Positions 29,955 through 38,763 of a stretch of 64,000 nucleotides of DNA are shown here, piece after piece. A program made the position numbers and the translations under genes. Position 1 is the first letter of the stretch; each line of letters starts with the position of its first letter. A model generated the notes under the pieces. It searched no databases, was not told the DNA's origin, and saw only the letters and a list, made by a program, of their open reading frames with translations. This DNA comes from Gammaproteobacteria bacterium TMED78 (GTDB taxonomy: Bacteria; Pseudomonadota; Gammaproteobacteria; Steroidobacterales; Rariloculaceae), in NCBI GenBank assembly GCA_002171615.1, contig NHEF01000010.1, positions 155,017 through 219,016 on the forward strand, written 5' to 3'.

Positions 29955-31292
29955 TCAATCATAATTAAACTCTAGTTCTCTACCCTCTGCTGTGCCTAAA
30001 ATCTTTCCATTTTGACTAACAATCTTTCCGTTAAGAACCGTCATAATGACACTTGAAGACATAGAAAGACCTTCTAATGGTGACCATCCACATTTATATC
30101 GTAAATTCTCCTTGGATATATCATGCTTTTTACTTAAATCAGCAACTACAATATCTGCATAAAAACCTTCTCTCAAAAATCCTCTCTCTTTAATGCTAAA
30201 TAACCTTGCCGGATTATGACATGCCTTAGAAACTATTTTTTCTAAACTAAATAACCCTTGATGATAATACTGTAATAACATTAGCAAAGAATGCTGAACT
30301 AATGGCAAGCCTGAAGGTGCTAATAAGTATGGCTGTTTTTTTTCTTCTAATGTATGTGGAGCATGGTCTGTTGCAATGATATCAATTATATCTTCATTCA
30401 CAGCATTAATTAATGCTTTCTTATCAATTATTGATTTAATAGAGGGATTACACTTAATTTTATTTCCCAAGCTAGCATAATCTGATTCATCAAACCAAAG
30501 ATGATGGACGCATGCCTCTGCGGTAATTTTTTTATCTATAAGATCTCCCTTAGAGAATAAGCCTAATTCCTTCTTAGTAGAAAGATGAAGAACATGTAAC
30601 CTTGAATCATATTTTTTTGCAAGACCTACAGCTAATGACGAAGACTTAAAGCATGCTTCTTCTGACCGGATACTTGGATGATGTTCGATTGACAAGTTGC
30701 TAGTATATCTTTCTTTAAAAATTTTCTCATTTTTCCAAATAGTAGGAGAGTCTTCACAATGAGTAGCAATAATCAGTGGTGAATATCTAAAAATATTTTC
30801 TAAAGCCTCATGATCATCTACAAGCATATTTCCTGTTGAGGCACCCATAAATACTTTAATACCACAAGCATCATTTTTTGATATATTTTTTATATCTTCT
30901 AAATTATCATTTGTTGCTCCCAAATAAAAACCATAGTTAGCAAAGCTATTACCATTTGCTCTATTTTTCTTATCTTCTATTGCTTTCAAAGTTATAGTAG
31001 GTGGAGAAGTATTTGGCATCTCTAAAAAACTTGTTACCCCTCCACAAATAGCAGCCTGGCTTTCAGATAATATAGTGCCCTTATGAGTCATACCAGGCTC
31101 TCTGAGATGGACCTGATCATCAATTAAGCCAGGCAAAACATAGCTGCCATTTAAATCAATCACTTTATTTACAGGTATATGAGAAAGATCTGGATCAATT
31201 CTTTCTATTCTATCGCCTCGAATCAATAAATCAGACTCAAAGACTCTACCTTCGTTAACTAAAATACCATTTAATAAAAGAATTTCATTCAC
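29955..31292 (-). CDS. pyrC: Dihydroorotase-type cyclic amidohydrolase (long, Bacteroidetes-like form)
   Basis: PGLIDDQVHLREPGMTHKG, GIKVFMGASTGNM, ATHCED, HVLHLST and ATDHAPH motifs. Confidence 0.75.
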   Translation of the reverse strand: MNEILLLNGILVNEGRVFESDLLIRGDRIERIDPDLSHIPVNKVIDLNGSYVLPGLIDDQVHLREPGMTHKGTILSESQAAICGGVTSFLEMPNTSPPTITLKAIEDKKNRANGNSFANYGFYLGATNDNLEDIKNISKNDACGIKVFMGASTGNMLVDDHEALENIFRYSPLIIATHCEDSPTIWKNEKIFKERYTSNLSIEHHPSIRSEEACFKSSSLAVGLAKKYDSRLHVLHLSTKKELGLFSKGDLIDKKITAEACVHHLWFDESDYASLGNKIKCNPSIKSIIDKKALINAVNEDIIDIIATDHAPHTLEEKKQPYLLAPSGLPLVQHSLLMLLQYYHQGLFSLEKIVSKACHNPARLFSIKERGFLREGFYADIVVADLSKKHDISKENLRYKCGWSPLEGLSMSSSVIMTVLNGKIVSQNGKILGTAEGRELEFNYD

Positions 31293-31447
31293 TGAATTAC
31301 ACCTAATTTTACAAATTTTTATTAAACTATAGTTAATCTTTTAAATCTATATAAAACTAAAATAAAATTCTTCGAAAAATAGAGACAATTGTTGGTCTAG
31401 CTTTTAGAATATACAACCTATGAATTCAATTAAACTAATACAACTGA

Positions 31448-34213
31448 ATGAAAAATAAATTTTTAATACTGATAGTAATTTTTTTTTCTGGATGTGGACA
31501 AAAAGGAGATTTTATCTTGATTCCTAGCACAAAAGAAAAAACAACCACTATCGAAAAAGAACTTGAGATTAACTATGAAGAGTTTGTCCTAGATAATGGG
31601 CTAAGAGTAGTGGTCCACGAAGACAGGAAAGCTCCAATAATTGCCTCAAATATATGGTATCACGTTGGATCAATGAATGAGGAAGAAGGCAAAACTGGCT
31701 TTGCTCACCTTTTCGAGCATTTAATGTTCAATGGTAGTGAAAATAATGACGATGAATTTTTTGGCCCACTTCAAAAAGTTGGTGCTACTAGCTATAACGG
31801 GACAACTAATACAGATAGAACAAACTACTACCAAACCGTTCCAACTACCGCAATAGATTTAATTTTATGGCTAGAATCTGATCGAATGGGTCATCTATTA
31901 GGTGCAATAGATCAGCAGAAACTTGATGAGCAAAGAGGCGTTGTTCAAAATGAAAAGAGGCAAAGAGAAGGTGAGCCTTATGGCAAGGCTTTTGATTATA
32001 TTACTACTAATGTATTTCCTAAGGGTCATCCCTATTCTTGGTCAGTAATAGGCTCGATGGAAGATTTGAATTCTGCAACCCTCGAAGATGTTCGTAATTG
32101 GTTTAATAAATTTTATGGGCCAAATAATGCAACAATTGTCCTAGCTGGAGATATAGATGCTAAAACAGCTAGGGAAAAAATAGAAAAATATTTTGGTCAC
32201 ATTCCTCCAGGCCCGCCTATTGAAAGATTTGAATCTTGGATTCCTAAATTAAGTCAAAACAGGAAAATGGTTGTAGAAGATAGAGTGCCGCAAGCTAGAG
32301 TCTATAAGACTTGGCCTACACCAGAATGGGGCAATCAAGACGCTGACTGGCTAGAAGTTGCTAGTTTAATATTAGGCGAGGGAGCAACTTCACGTTTATA
32401 TCAAAGGCTAGTCTATGAAGAACAAATTGCTACTGATGCTGGTACCTATGCTATGGCAGATGAGATTGCAGGGGGCTTTCTAATCTGGGCTACAGCTAAG
32501 CAAGGAGAAGACTTAGTAAAAATTAATTCAATTATTAATGAAGAAGTAAATTTATTTATAAAAGAAGGGCCAACTACAGATGAGCTCTTAAGAGCAAAAA
32601 CTAATATTAGAGCAGGCTTTATTAGAACTACAGAGCGTGTTACAGGAAAGGCTAGTATTTTAGCTGAGAACACAGTTTATGGAAATAGTCCAGATTCTTA
32701 TAAGGTATATCTTGAAAGAGTAGAGGGAGTTACAAAAGAAGATTTAATTAATGTAACAAGTAAATGGCTAGCAGAACCAGCATTTACTCTAGAAATCTTA
32801 CCTTACGATCAAACACTAAGTAGCAGTGATGAAAATCTAGCAGATAGGTCACAATTACCATATCCAACTAATTATCCTGAAGCAGTTTTTCCAGAATTTC
32901 AAACTAGTAAATTATCTAATGGTCTAAATCTAATCTTAGTAGAGAGAAATTCAATACCACTAATACAATTTAGTCTTCAATTGAATGCAGGATATGCTGC
33001 TGATCAATTTGGCGCTCCAGGAAGAGCTAGCCTATCTATGAATGTTCTTGACCAAGGAACTACAAGTAGAAGTGCGAATGATATTAGTCAGGAACTAGAA
33101 AGACTTGGTGCATCAATTGAAGCCGGATCAAACTTAGATTATTCATATGTCAATCTTTCTTCACTAAAAGCTAATCTTACATCATCTCTGGAAATTTATA
33201 GCGATATAATTCTTAATCCTAACTTCTCTGCCGAGGAAATAGAAAGACAAAGACAGCTAATGATTTCAAGAATTAGGCAAGAACAAGCTACTCCATCTTC
33301 AATGGCTCAAAGAGTATTTCCTAGGTTGCTATTTGGTGAGGATCACCCCTACTCTTTACCTATGACAGGATCTGGAAATGAAAGTTCTGTGATGGGGATG
33401 ACAAGGTCAGATTTAGTAGAGTTTCATAAAACATGGTTTAGACCTAATAATGCGACCTTAATAGTTGCTGGTGATACAAAAATGGAAGAAATTAAGCCTC
33501 AGCTTGAAGAGCTCTTTAAAGACTGGAGCTTTGCTGATGTTCCCGAGAAAATCATAAATGAGGTTTCTCTTCCAGAAGAAGCAAATATTTTTCTTATAGA
33601 TAAGCCTGGTGCAGATCAAAGTTATATTTTTACTGGCCATATTGTTCCACCAAAAGCAAATAATTTAGAAGAATCCTTGCAAGCAATGAATGATAGTTTA
33701 GGTGGAAGCTTCACATCTAGAATTAATATGAATTTACGTGAAGATAAGGGGTGGTCATATGGTATTCGCTCGGTAATATTAGAAACAACCAACCAGAGGC
33801 CTTTCATTACCTATGGTTCAGTCCAGACAGATAAAACTTCAGAAGCATTATCTGAAATGAATCTTGAAATCCAAGCAATACTTGGGGATAAACCAATCAC
33901 TGAAGAAGAAGTTAGCTCAAGCAAAAGTAGAAGTACACTTAGCCTTCCAAGTCGATGGGAAACAAATAGATCAATAGTTAATGACTTAGCAAGAATGATA
34001 AGATTTAATCTTCCGGATGACTATTGGAACCTATATGAAGACTTAGTCAACTCAATCAATGTTGAGTCAGTAAATGAGGCTACAGAAGAAATCCTCTCTC
34101 CTTCAAAACTCACTTGGGTTATTGTAGGTGACTTATCACTAATAGAATCAAAAATAAGGGAGCTTAATTTAGGCAATGTTAGTCTTATAGATACAGAAGG
34201 AAATGAACTCTAA
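31448..34213 (+). CDS. Tandem M16 (pitrilysin/PqqL-like) zinc metallopeptidase lipoprotein
   Basis: Lipobox FFSGCGQKG and inverted zinc motif HLFEHLMFNGS. Two M16 active/inactive module pairs in 921 aa. Confidence 0.9.
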   Translation: MKNKFLILIVIFFSGCGQKGDFILIPSTKEKTTTIEKELEINYEEFVLDNGLRVVVHEDRKAPIIASNIWYHVGSMNEEEGKTGFAHLFEHLMFNGSENNDDEFFGPLQKVGATSYNGTTNTDRTNYYQTVPTTAIDLILWLESDRMGHLLGAIDQQKLDEQRGVVQNEKRQREGEPYGKAFDYITTNVFPKGHPYSWSVIGSMEDLNSATLEDVRNWFNKFYGPNNATIVLAGDIDAKTAREKIEKYFGHIPPGPPIERFESWIPKLSQNRKMVVEDRVPQARVYKTWPTPEWGNQDADWLEVASLILGEGATSRLYQRLVYEEQIATDAGTYAMADEIAGGFLIWATAKQGEDLVKINSIINEEVNLFIKEGPTTDELLRAKTNIRAGFIRTTERVTGKASILAENTVYGNSPDSYKVYLERVEGVTKEDLINVTSKWLAEPAFTLEILPYDQTLSSSDENLADRSQLPYPTNYPEAVFPEFQTSKLSNGLNLILVERNSIPLIQFSLQLNAGYAADQFGAPGRASLSMNVLDQGTTSRSANDISQELERLGASIEAGSNLDYSYVNLSSLKANLTSSLEIYSDIILNPNFSAEEIERQRQLMISRIRQEQATPSSMAQRVFPRLLFGEDHPYSLPMTGSGNESSVMGMTRSDLVEFHKTWFRPNNATLIVAGDTKMEEIKPQLEELFKDWSFADVPEKIINEVSLPEEANIFLIDKPGADQSYIFTGHIVPPKANNLEESLQAMNDSLGGSFTSRINMNLREDKGWSYGIRSVILETTNQRPFITYGSVQTDKTSEALSEMNLEIQAILGDKPITEEEVSSSKSRSTLSLPSRWETNRSIVNDLARMIRFNLPDDYWNLYEDLVNSINVESVNEATEEILSPSKLTWVIVGDLSLIESKIRELNLGNVSLIDTEGNEL

Positions 34214-34313
34214 AATTAACTTAGTGTAATTCTTTAGCTGTTAGAGGACTAAACAAATGTATTTAAAAATGATAATATTATTGGGTAAATAACAATTTTC
34301 TATAATTTGATCT

Positions 34314-35009
34314 ATGAAATATCTTTATATTCTATTATTTTCTTTAGTATTTTCTTTTCCTGCTTTTTGTCAAGAATGGGAAATGTTTCATGATATGGAT
34401 GACTTATTTTCCATCAATTTTCCTGGTAAGCCGGAGATTGAATACATAAGCTACCCATCAGAGTATGGAGCAGTTTTTCCGGGGAAGATCTATTCGGCGT
34501 CAAGAGGTAGTAATAATTTTTCACTAACTGTAATTGACTACACTAATTATAAAGAGATTCATAGTCAGAGAACAAACAAAACAGAAGCTGATGCTCCTGC
34601 TGGCTACACATATGATATTATAGATGTTTTAGCATCTATTGCTTATGCTGCAAGTAACTATAGAAAAAAATCTAAAGAGGTTACTCTAGATATCTGGGCA
34701 CATATTGATAGAATCCCTGGACATCAACTACAATTAACAAACCATGATGGATCAAGATCTTTTATAGGAATTTTTCTACATAATAAGAAGCTGTATATAG
34801 CAGATGCAACGGTACCAGAAAACTACCCGCCTCAAGGTCATTTTCAGCAATCTCTTAGATTTATAGATTCGAATCAAAATTATGTAAGGTATGACTATGG
34901 AGAGGATCATAATACTGGCTGGAATTTAATTCAGCAGAATGCGGAAGAAAGGCAGGGTTGGCTCTTAGGTGATTTTGCTGATATAGATAGAAGAACACTA
35001 GGTGACTAA
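34314..35009 (+). CDS. Secreted hypothetical protein
   Basis: Signal peptide MKYLYILLFSLVFSFPAFC; no recognised motif. Confidence 0.5.
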   Translation: MKYLYILLFSLVFSFPAFCQEWEMFHDMDDLFSINFPGKPEIEYISYPSEYGAVFPGKIYSASRGSNNFSLTVIDYTNYKEIHSQRTNKTEADAPAGYTYDIIDVLASIAYAASNYRKKSKEVTLDIWAHIDRIPGHQLQLTNHDGSRSFIGIFLHNKKLYIADATVPENYPPQGHFQQSLRFIDSNQNYVRYDYGEDHNTGWNLIQQNAEERQGWLLGDFADIDRRTLGD

Positions 35010-35030
35010 AGATATTCTTAGGGGAATTAT

Positions 35031-35396
35031 ATGAAAAAATTTATTTTGGCCTCATTGTCTGCTTTAGCTTTATTAACTTCTGCTTTAGCCCATCACTCAC
35101 ATGGCAACTATGAAATGACTACCTATATGGAGATGGAAGGAGTAGTGGAGGATCTTCTATGGATCAATCCTCATACCTGGATCTACCTTAATGTTTCTAA
35201 TGAAGAGGGTGAAAATACCCTTTGGGCCTTAGAGGGAGGTAGCCCCAATGCCTTAGTTAGAAGAGGTTGGGCAAGAGGGGATGTCAATATTGGAGATAAT
35301 ATTTCTGTAAGATGTCATCACCTAAAAGATAAATCTAACGGCTGTCTTCTTGGTTTTGTTAAACCAGAAAATGGTGAAGAGAAAGAGTGGGATTAG
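35031..35396 (+). CDS. Secreted DUF6152-like protein
   Basis: Signal peptide ending ..SALA, followed by HHSHGNY.., then WINPHTW. Confidence 0.6.
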   Translation: MKKFILASLSALALLTSALAHHSHGNYEMTTYMEMEGVVEDLLWINPHTWIYLNVSNEEGENTLWALEGGSPNALVRRGWARGDVNIGDNISVRCHHLKDKSNGCLLGFVKPENGEEKEWD

Positions 35397-35417
35397 CTAT
35401 AAGCTCAAATTGATAAC

Positions 35418-37781
35418 TTGACAATCCAGATAGCCATTGTCTTACTTATTTTAACTAGTTCTCTGGTCCTCTTCGTAACAGAATTGATCCGAATGGATCT
35501 AATAGCTTTAATAGTTATGGGCTCTCTTGTGATTACAGGGCTAGTTTCTCCTCCAGAAGCAGTAGCCGGTTTCTCGAACGCAGCAGTAATTGCAATATGG
35601 GCAATGTTTGTTATTAGTGATGGCCTTACTAGAACAGGTATTGCCAATCTTATTGGTAATTCAATCTTAAAAATAGCTGGAGCAAAAGAAATTAATATGA
35701 TTGTTATTGTCATGTTAATAGCTAGCTTCTTCTCAGCATTTATGAATAATATTGGGGTTGCTGCTTTGATGCTACCCGTAGTGATTGATATCGCAAGAAG
35801 AACAAGAGTACCTGTTTCAAAATTATTAATGCCCCTTGCATATGGATGTTTATTGGGAGGATTAACAACGCTAATAGGAAACACTCCAAATCTCTTAATT
35901 AGCAATTCATTAACGGAGTCAGGATTTGAGGCGTTCAAACTATTTGATTTCGCTCCAATTGGCATAGTTTGCGTTTTCTCAGGTATTTTATTTATGGTAA
36001 TTTTTGGTAGACATTTTCTACCTAAGAAGGCCCTTGAAGAAGATATCCAAAAAAGAAGTCAGAGAAATTTAAGAACGCAATATGGCTTACAATCTCATAC
36101 TTTTGAAATAAAAGTACCTAAAAATTCAATACTAGAGGGAAAAACTCTTACAGAAAGTAAAATAGGTATAGCGACTGGCTTGATAGTTTTAGCAATAAAA
36201 AGAGGAATTAATACAGAATTTATGCCTCCAAGAAACAAGAAGCTCAAAGCCAATGATAGATTAATCATCCAAGGAACTCTTGATAGATTTCAAGAATTTT
36301 TAAGATGGAGTGAGCTTGTTATCGAAAGAGAAGCACCTGTCCTGCAGGGCTTAATGTCAACAAAAATGAAAATTGTTGAAGTATCCTTAGAAGATAATTC
36401 GACTTTAGTTGGAAACCTAATTCAACATCCAGAATTTAGAAAACAATACGGATCGAACATACTTGCGATTAAAAGAGGAGAGCTGATTAGGAGAAATAAT
36501 CTATCTTCAGTCCCTCTAAAAAAAGGTGATCATCTTCTATTACAGACACTCCCTGAAAACTATGAAGAGCTGAATAGATCTCTTGAGTTTAGCAGTATTA
36601 GAGAAATAGAAGAAAAAGAATTAATAGAAATATATAGTCTTGAAGATAGTCTTTTTGTTGTTAGTGTTCCAAAAGAATCTACACTTGCAGGTCAGAATTT
36701 TAGTAAAAACCGCTTTGGGGATGCTTTTGATTTTAGGTTACTAGCTATATTTAGAGAAGGAGAATTAATTATTATGCCTCCTTCTGATCAGAACCTTAAA
36801 GGAGGTGATATACTCTTAATTGAAGGTCAAGAAGAGGATTTGAATGCTCTAAGAGGGCTTCAAGAATTTGAGCTACAAGAATCATCTAAGCTTCCTCTTA
36901 ACACACTTGAATCAGATAGATTAAATATCATTGAGATAATCTTAGATCCGCGTTCAAGTTTAATTGGTCAATTGCTATCAGAATTAAATTTTAGAGATAA
37001 GTATGGTCTAGAGCCTATTGCAATTTGGAGAGAGGGAAAGGCTATAAGGTCAAATTTAAATCACGAAAAGCTTAAGCTAGGGGATGCTTTATTAACTATT
37101 GGTCCTAGAGAACAAATTAATATCTTTCAAAAAGATAACAACTTTATTGTTTTAACGCCAGACTCACAGAAATTAACTAAAACAGAAAAAGCGCCAATCG
37201 CTATATCAATAATGGTAGTAGTTTTATTTTCTGTTCTTGCTGGATGGTTTCCTATATATATATCGGCCATTATTGGAGCAACATTGATGATTCTTTTCAA
37301 GTGTATAAGCATGGAAGAAGCTTACCTTGCTATCAACTGGAGAGTTATTTTTTTAATTGCTGGTATGTTGCCACTTGGCACTGCAATGGAAAATAGTGGT
37401 GCCGCCGCTCTAATTGCTAATCAAGTTATGAACGTTTTATCTCCTTTAGGTCCTTGGTGGGTAATAGCAGGTCTTTATGTTATTACTGCTATTGCAACAA
37501 TGGCGATACCTACAGCCGCTCTAGTAGTATTGATGGCTCCGATTGTGCTCTCAGCAAGTATAAATTTAGGCATTCATCCTCAAACTGCAATGATGGCCGT
37601 AGCAATTGCAGCTTCGGCAAGTTTTGCAAGCCCAGTCTCTCATCCAGCAAATATTTTAGTTATGGGCCCTGGTGGTTATAGATTCTCTGATTATCTAAAG
37701 CTTGGCCTTCCTCTTTCAGTAATTATTTTTATAATAACAATGTATATACTTCCAATAATCTGGCCAATAGAAATAATTTAG
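35418..37781 (+). CDS. SLC13/DASS-family permease with four central TrkA-C (RCK_C) domains
   Basis: N- and C-terminal polytopic halves (..NNIGVAALMLPV.., ..SPVSHPANILV..) flank four ~70-aa repeats ending ..GDxLxxxG. TTG start, exact start uncertain. Confidence 0.85.
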   Translation: MTIQIAIVLLILTSSLVLFVTELIRMDLIALIVMGSLVITGLVSPPEAVAGFSNAAVIAIWAMFVISDGLTRTGIANLIGNSILKIAGAKEINMIVIVMLIASFFSAFMNNIGVAALMLPVVIDIARRTRVPVSKLLMPLAYGCLLGGLTTLIGNTPNLLISNSLTESGFEAFKLFDFAPIGIVCVFSGILFMVIFGRHFLPKKALEEDIQKRSQRNLRTQYGLQSHTFEIKVPKNSILEGKTLTESKIGIATGLIVLAIKRGINTEFMPPRNKKLKANDRLIIQGTLDRFQEFLRWSELVIEREAPVLQGLMSTKMKIVEVSLEDNSTLVGNLIQHPEFRKQYGSNILAIKRGELIRRNNLSSVPLKKGDHLLLQTLPENYEELNRSLEFSSIREIEEKELIEIYSLEDSLFVVSVPKESTLAGQNFSKNRFGDAFDFRLLAIFREGELIIMPPSDQNLKGGDILLIEGQEEDLNALRGLQEFELQESSKLPLNTLESDRLNIIEIILDPRSSLIGQLLSELNFRDKYGLEPIAIWREGKAIRSNLNHEKLKLGDALLTIGPREQINIFQKDNNFIVLTPDSQKLTKTEKAPIAISIMVVVLFSVLAGWFPIYISAIIGATLMILFKCISMEEAYLAINWRVIFLIAGMLPLGTAMENSGAAALIANQVMNVLSPLGPWWVIAGLYVITAIATMAIPTAALVVLMAPIVLSASINLGIHPQTAMMAVAIAASASFASPVSHPANILVMGPGGYRFSDYLKLGLPLSVIIFIITMYILPIIWPIEII

Positions 37782-37785
37782 AAAT

Positions 37786-38760
37786 CTACGGTATTAGAAT
37801 TGTTGAACCTTTAGTTTGCCTTCTCTCTAAAGCATAATGTGCATCAACTGCCCTTTCTAATGGAAAACTCTGGCCAATATTTGCAGTAATTACTTTCTCT
37901 CTTACAAGATCAAATAGCTCTCTACACCCTTGTTGAAAATCTTCTTTTTCTTTTATATAGCTCCATAAAGTTGGCCTTGTCACATATAAAGAGCCCCTTT
38001 TTAAAAGCTCTAAAACTGGAAGACAATCTATCACACCTGATGCATTGCCATAACTGACAAGCAAGCCTTTAGGGCTAAGACAATCCAAAGAATTATAAAG
38101 TGAGTCTTTACCAATAGGATCATAAACAACTGGAACTCCATAATTATTTGTTATCCGCTTAACAGACTGAACGATATTTTCCCCATACAATAAAACCTCA
38201 GAGCAGCCATTCTCCAAAGCTATTTTCTTTTTTTCTTCTGTACTAACAACACCTATGACGTTCACTCCTAAATATTTTGCCCACTGACACATTATTGAGC
38301 CTACACCGCCTGCTGCAGCATATAAAAGAATATAATCACCATCTCTGACTTCATATGTCTTTCTAAGAAGGTACCAACTAGTCAAGCCCTTTAATAAGAT
38401 AGCTGCTGCTGTTTTATAATCAACCTCTCTGGGGAGCTTAATTAGCTTACTTGAATCAATTGTGGTTGATTGTGAATACGAATCTGAGGGAGGTGGTGAA
38501 ACGTACGCAACCCTATCTCCTAATTCTAGACTATCAACCCCTGGACCTATCTCTGAAATAGCCCCTGCTGCTTCCCCTCCTAAGCCACTAGGCAAATCTA
38601 TGGGATAAAGACCTGACCTAAAATAGGTATCAATAAAATTAACACCTATAGCTTTATGGTCAATCCTAACCTGTCCATCCTTCAGACTCTCTTCATTTAC
38701 AGAAGTATATTTCATTACTTCAGGAGACCCATGTTTTTCAATCCTTATTGCATATTTCAT
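37786..38760 (-). CDS. qor: NADPH:quinone oxidoreductase (zeta-crystallin type MDR)
   Basis: AAAGGVGS dinucleotide motif and MDR layout; 324 aa. Confidence 0.85.
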   Translation of the reverse strand: MKYAIRIEKHGSPEVMKYTSVNEESLKDGQVRIDHKAIGVNFIDTYFRSGLYPIDLPSGLGGEAAGAISEIGPGVDSLELGDRVAYVSPPPSDSYSQSTTIDSSKLIKLPREVDYKTAAAILLKGLTSWYLLRKTYEVRDGDYILLYAAAGGVGSIMCQWAKYLGVNVIGVVSTEEKKKIALENGCSEVLLYGENIVQSVKRITNNYGVPVVYDPIGKDSLYNSLDCLSPKGLLVSYGNASGVIDCLPVLELLKRGSLYVTRPTLWSYIKEKEDFQQGCRELFDLVREKVITANIGQSFPLERAVDAHYALERRQTKGSTILIP

Positions 38761-38763
38761 AAT

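Noticed and set aside
35405-35965. 186-aa antisense ORF opposite the 5' end of the SLC13 permease. The same judgement applies to the other antisense track ORFs: 1864-2202, 3660-4061, 4808-5134, 7350-7538, 7680-7994, 8252-8434, 11062-11391, 11669-12223, 12230-12508, 12533-12733, 14262-14513, 17097-17486, 19226-19420, 19800-20063, 21394-21582, 22567-22761, 23501-23803, 29495-29683, 32446-32673, 33458-33807, 37127-37312, 37454-37681, 44066-44359, 48833-49018, 49277-49468, 49923-50108, 51976-52236, 52426-52626, 52783-52968, 57029-57289, 60096-60356.
   Set aside because: Each lies wholly within a gene with strong family motifs, either on the other strand or in another frame. They have Ser/Ile/Leu-rich low-complexity translations, no RBS and no recognisable domains. 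Long antisense ORFs of this kind are expected from codon bias in AT-rich genomes.
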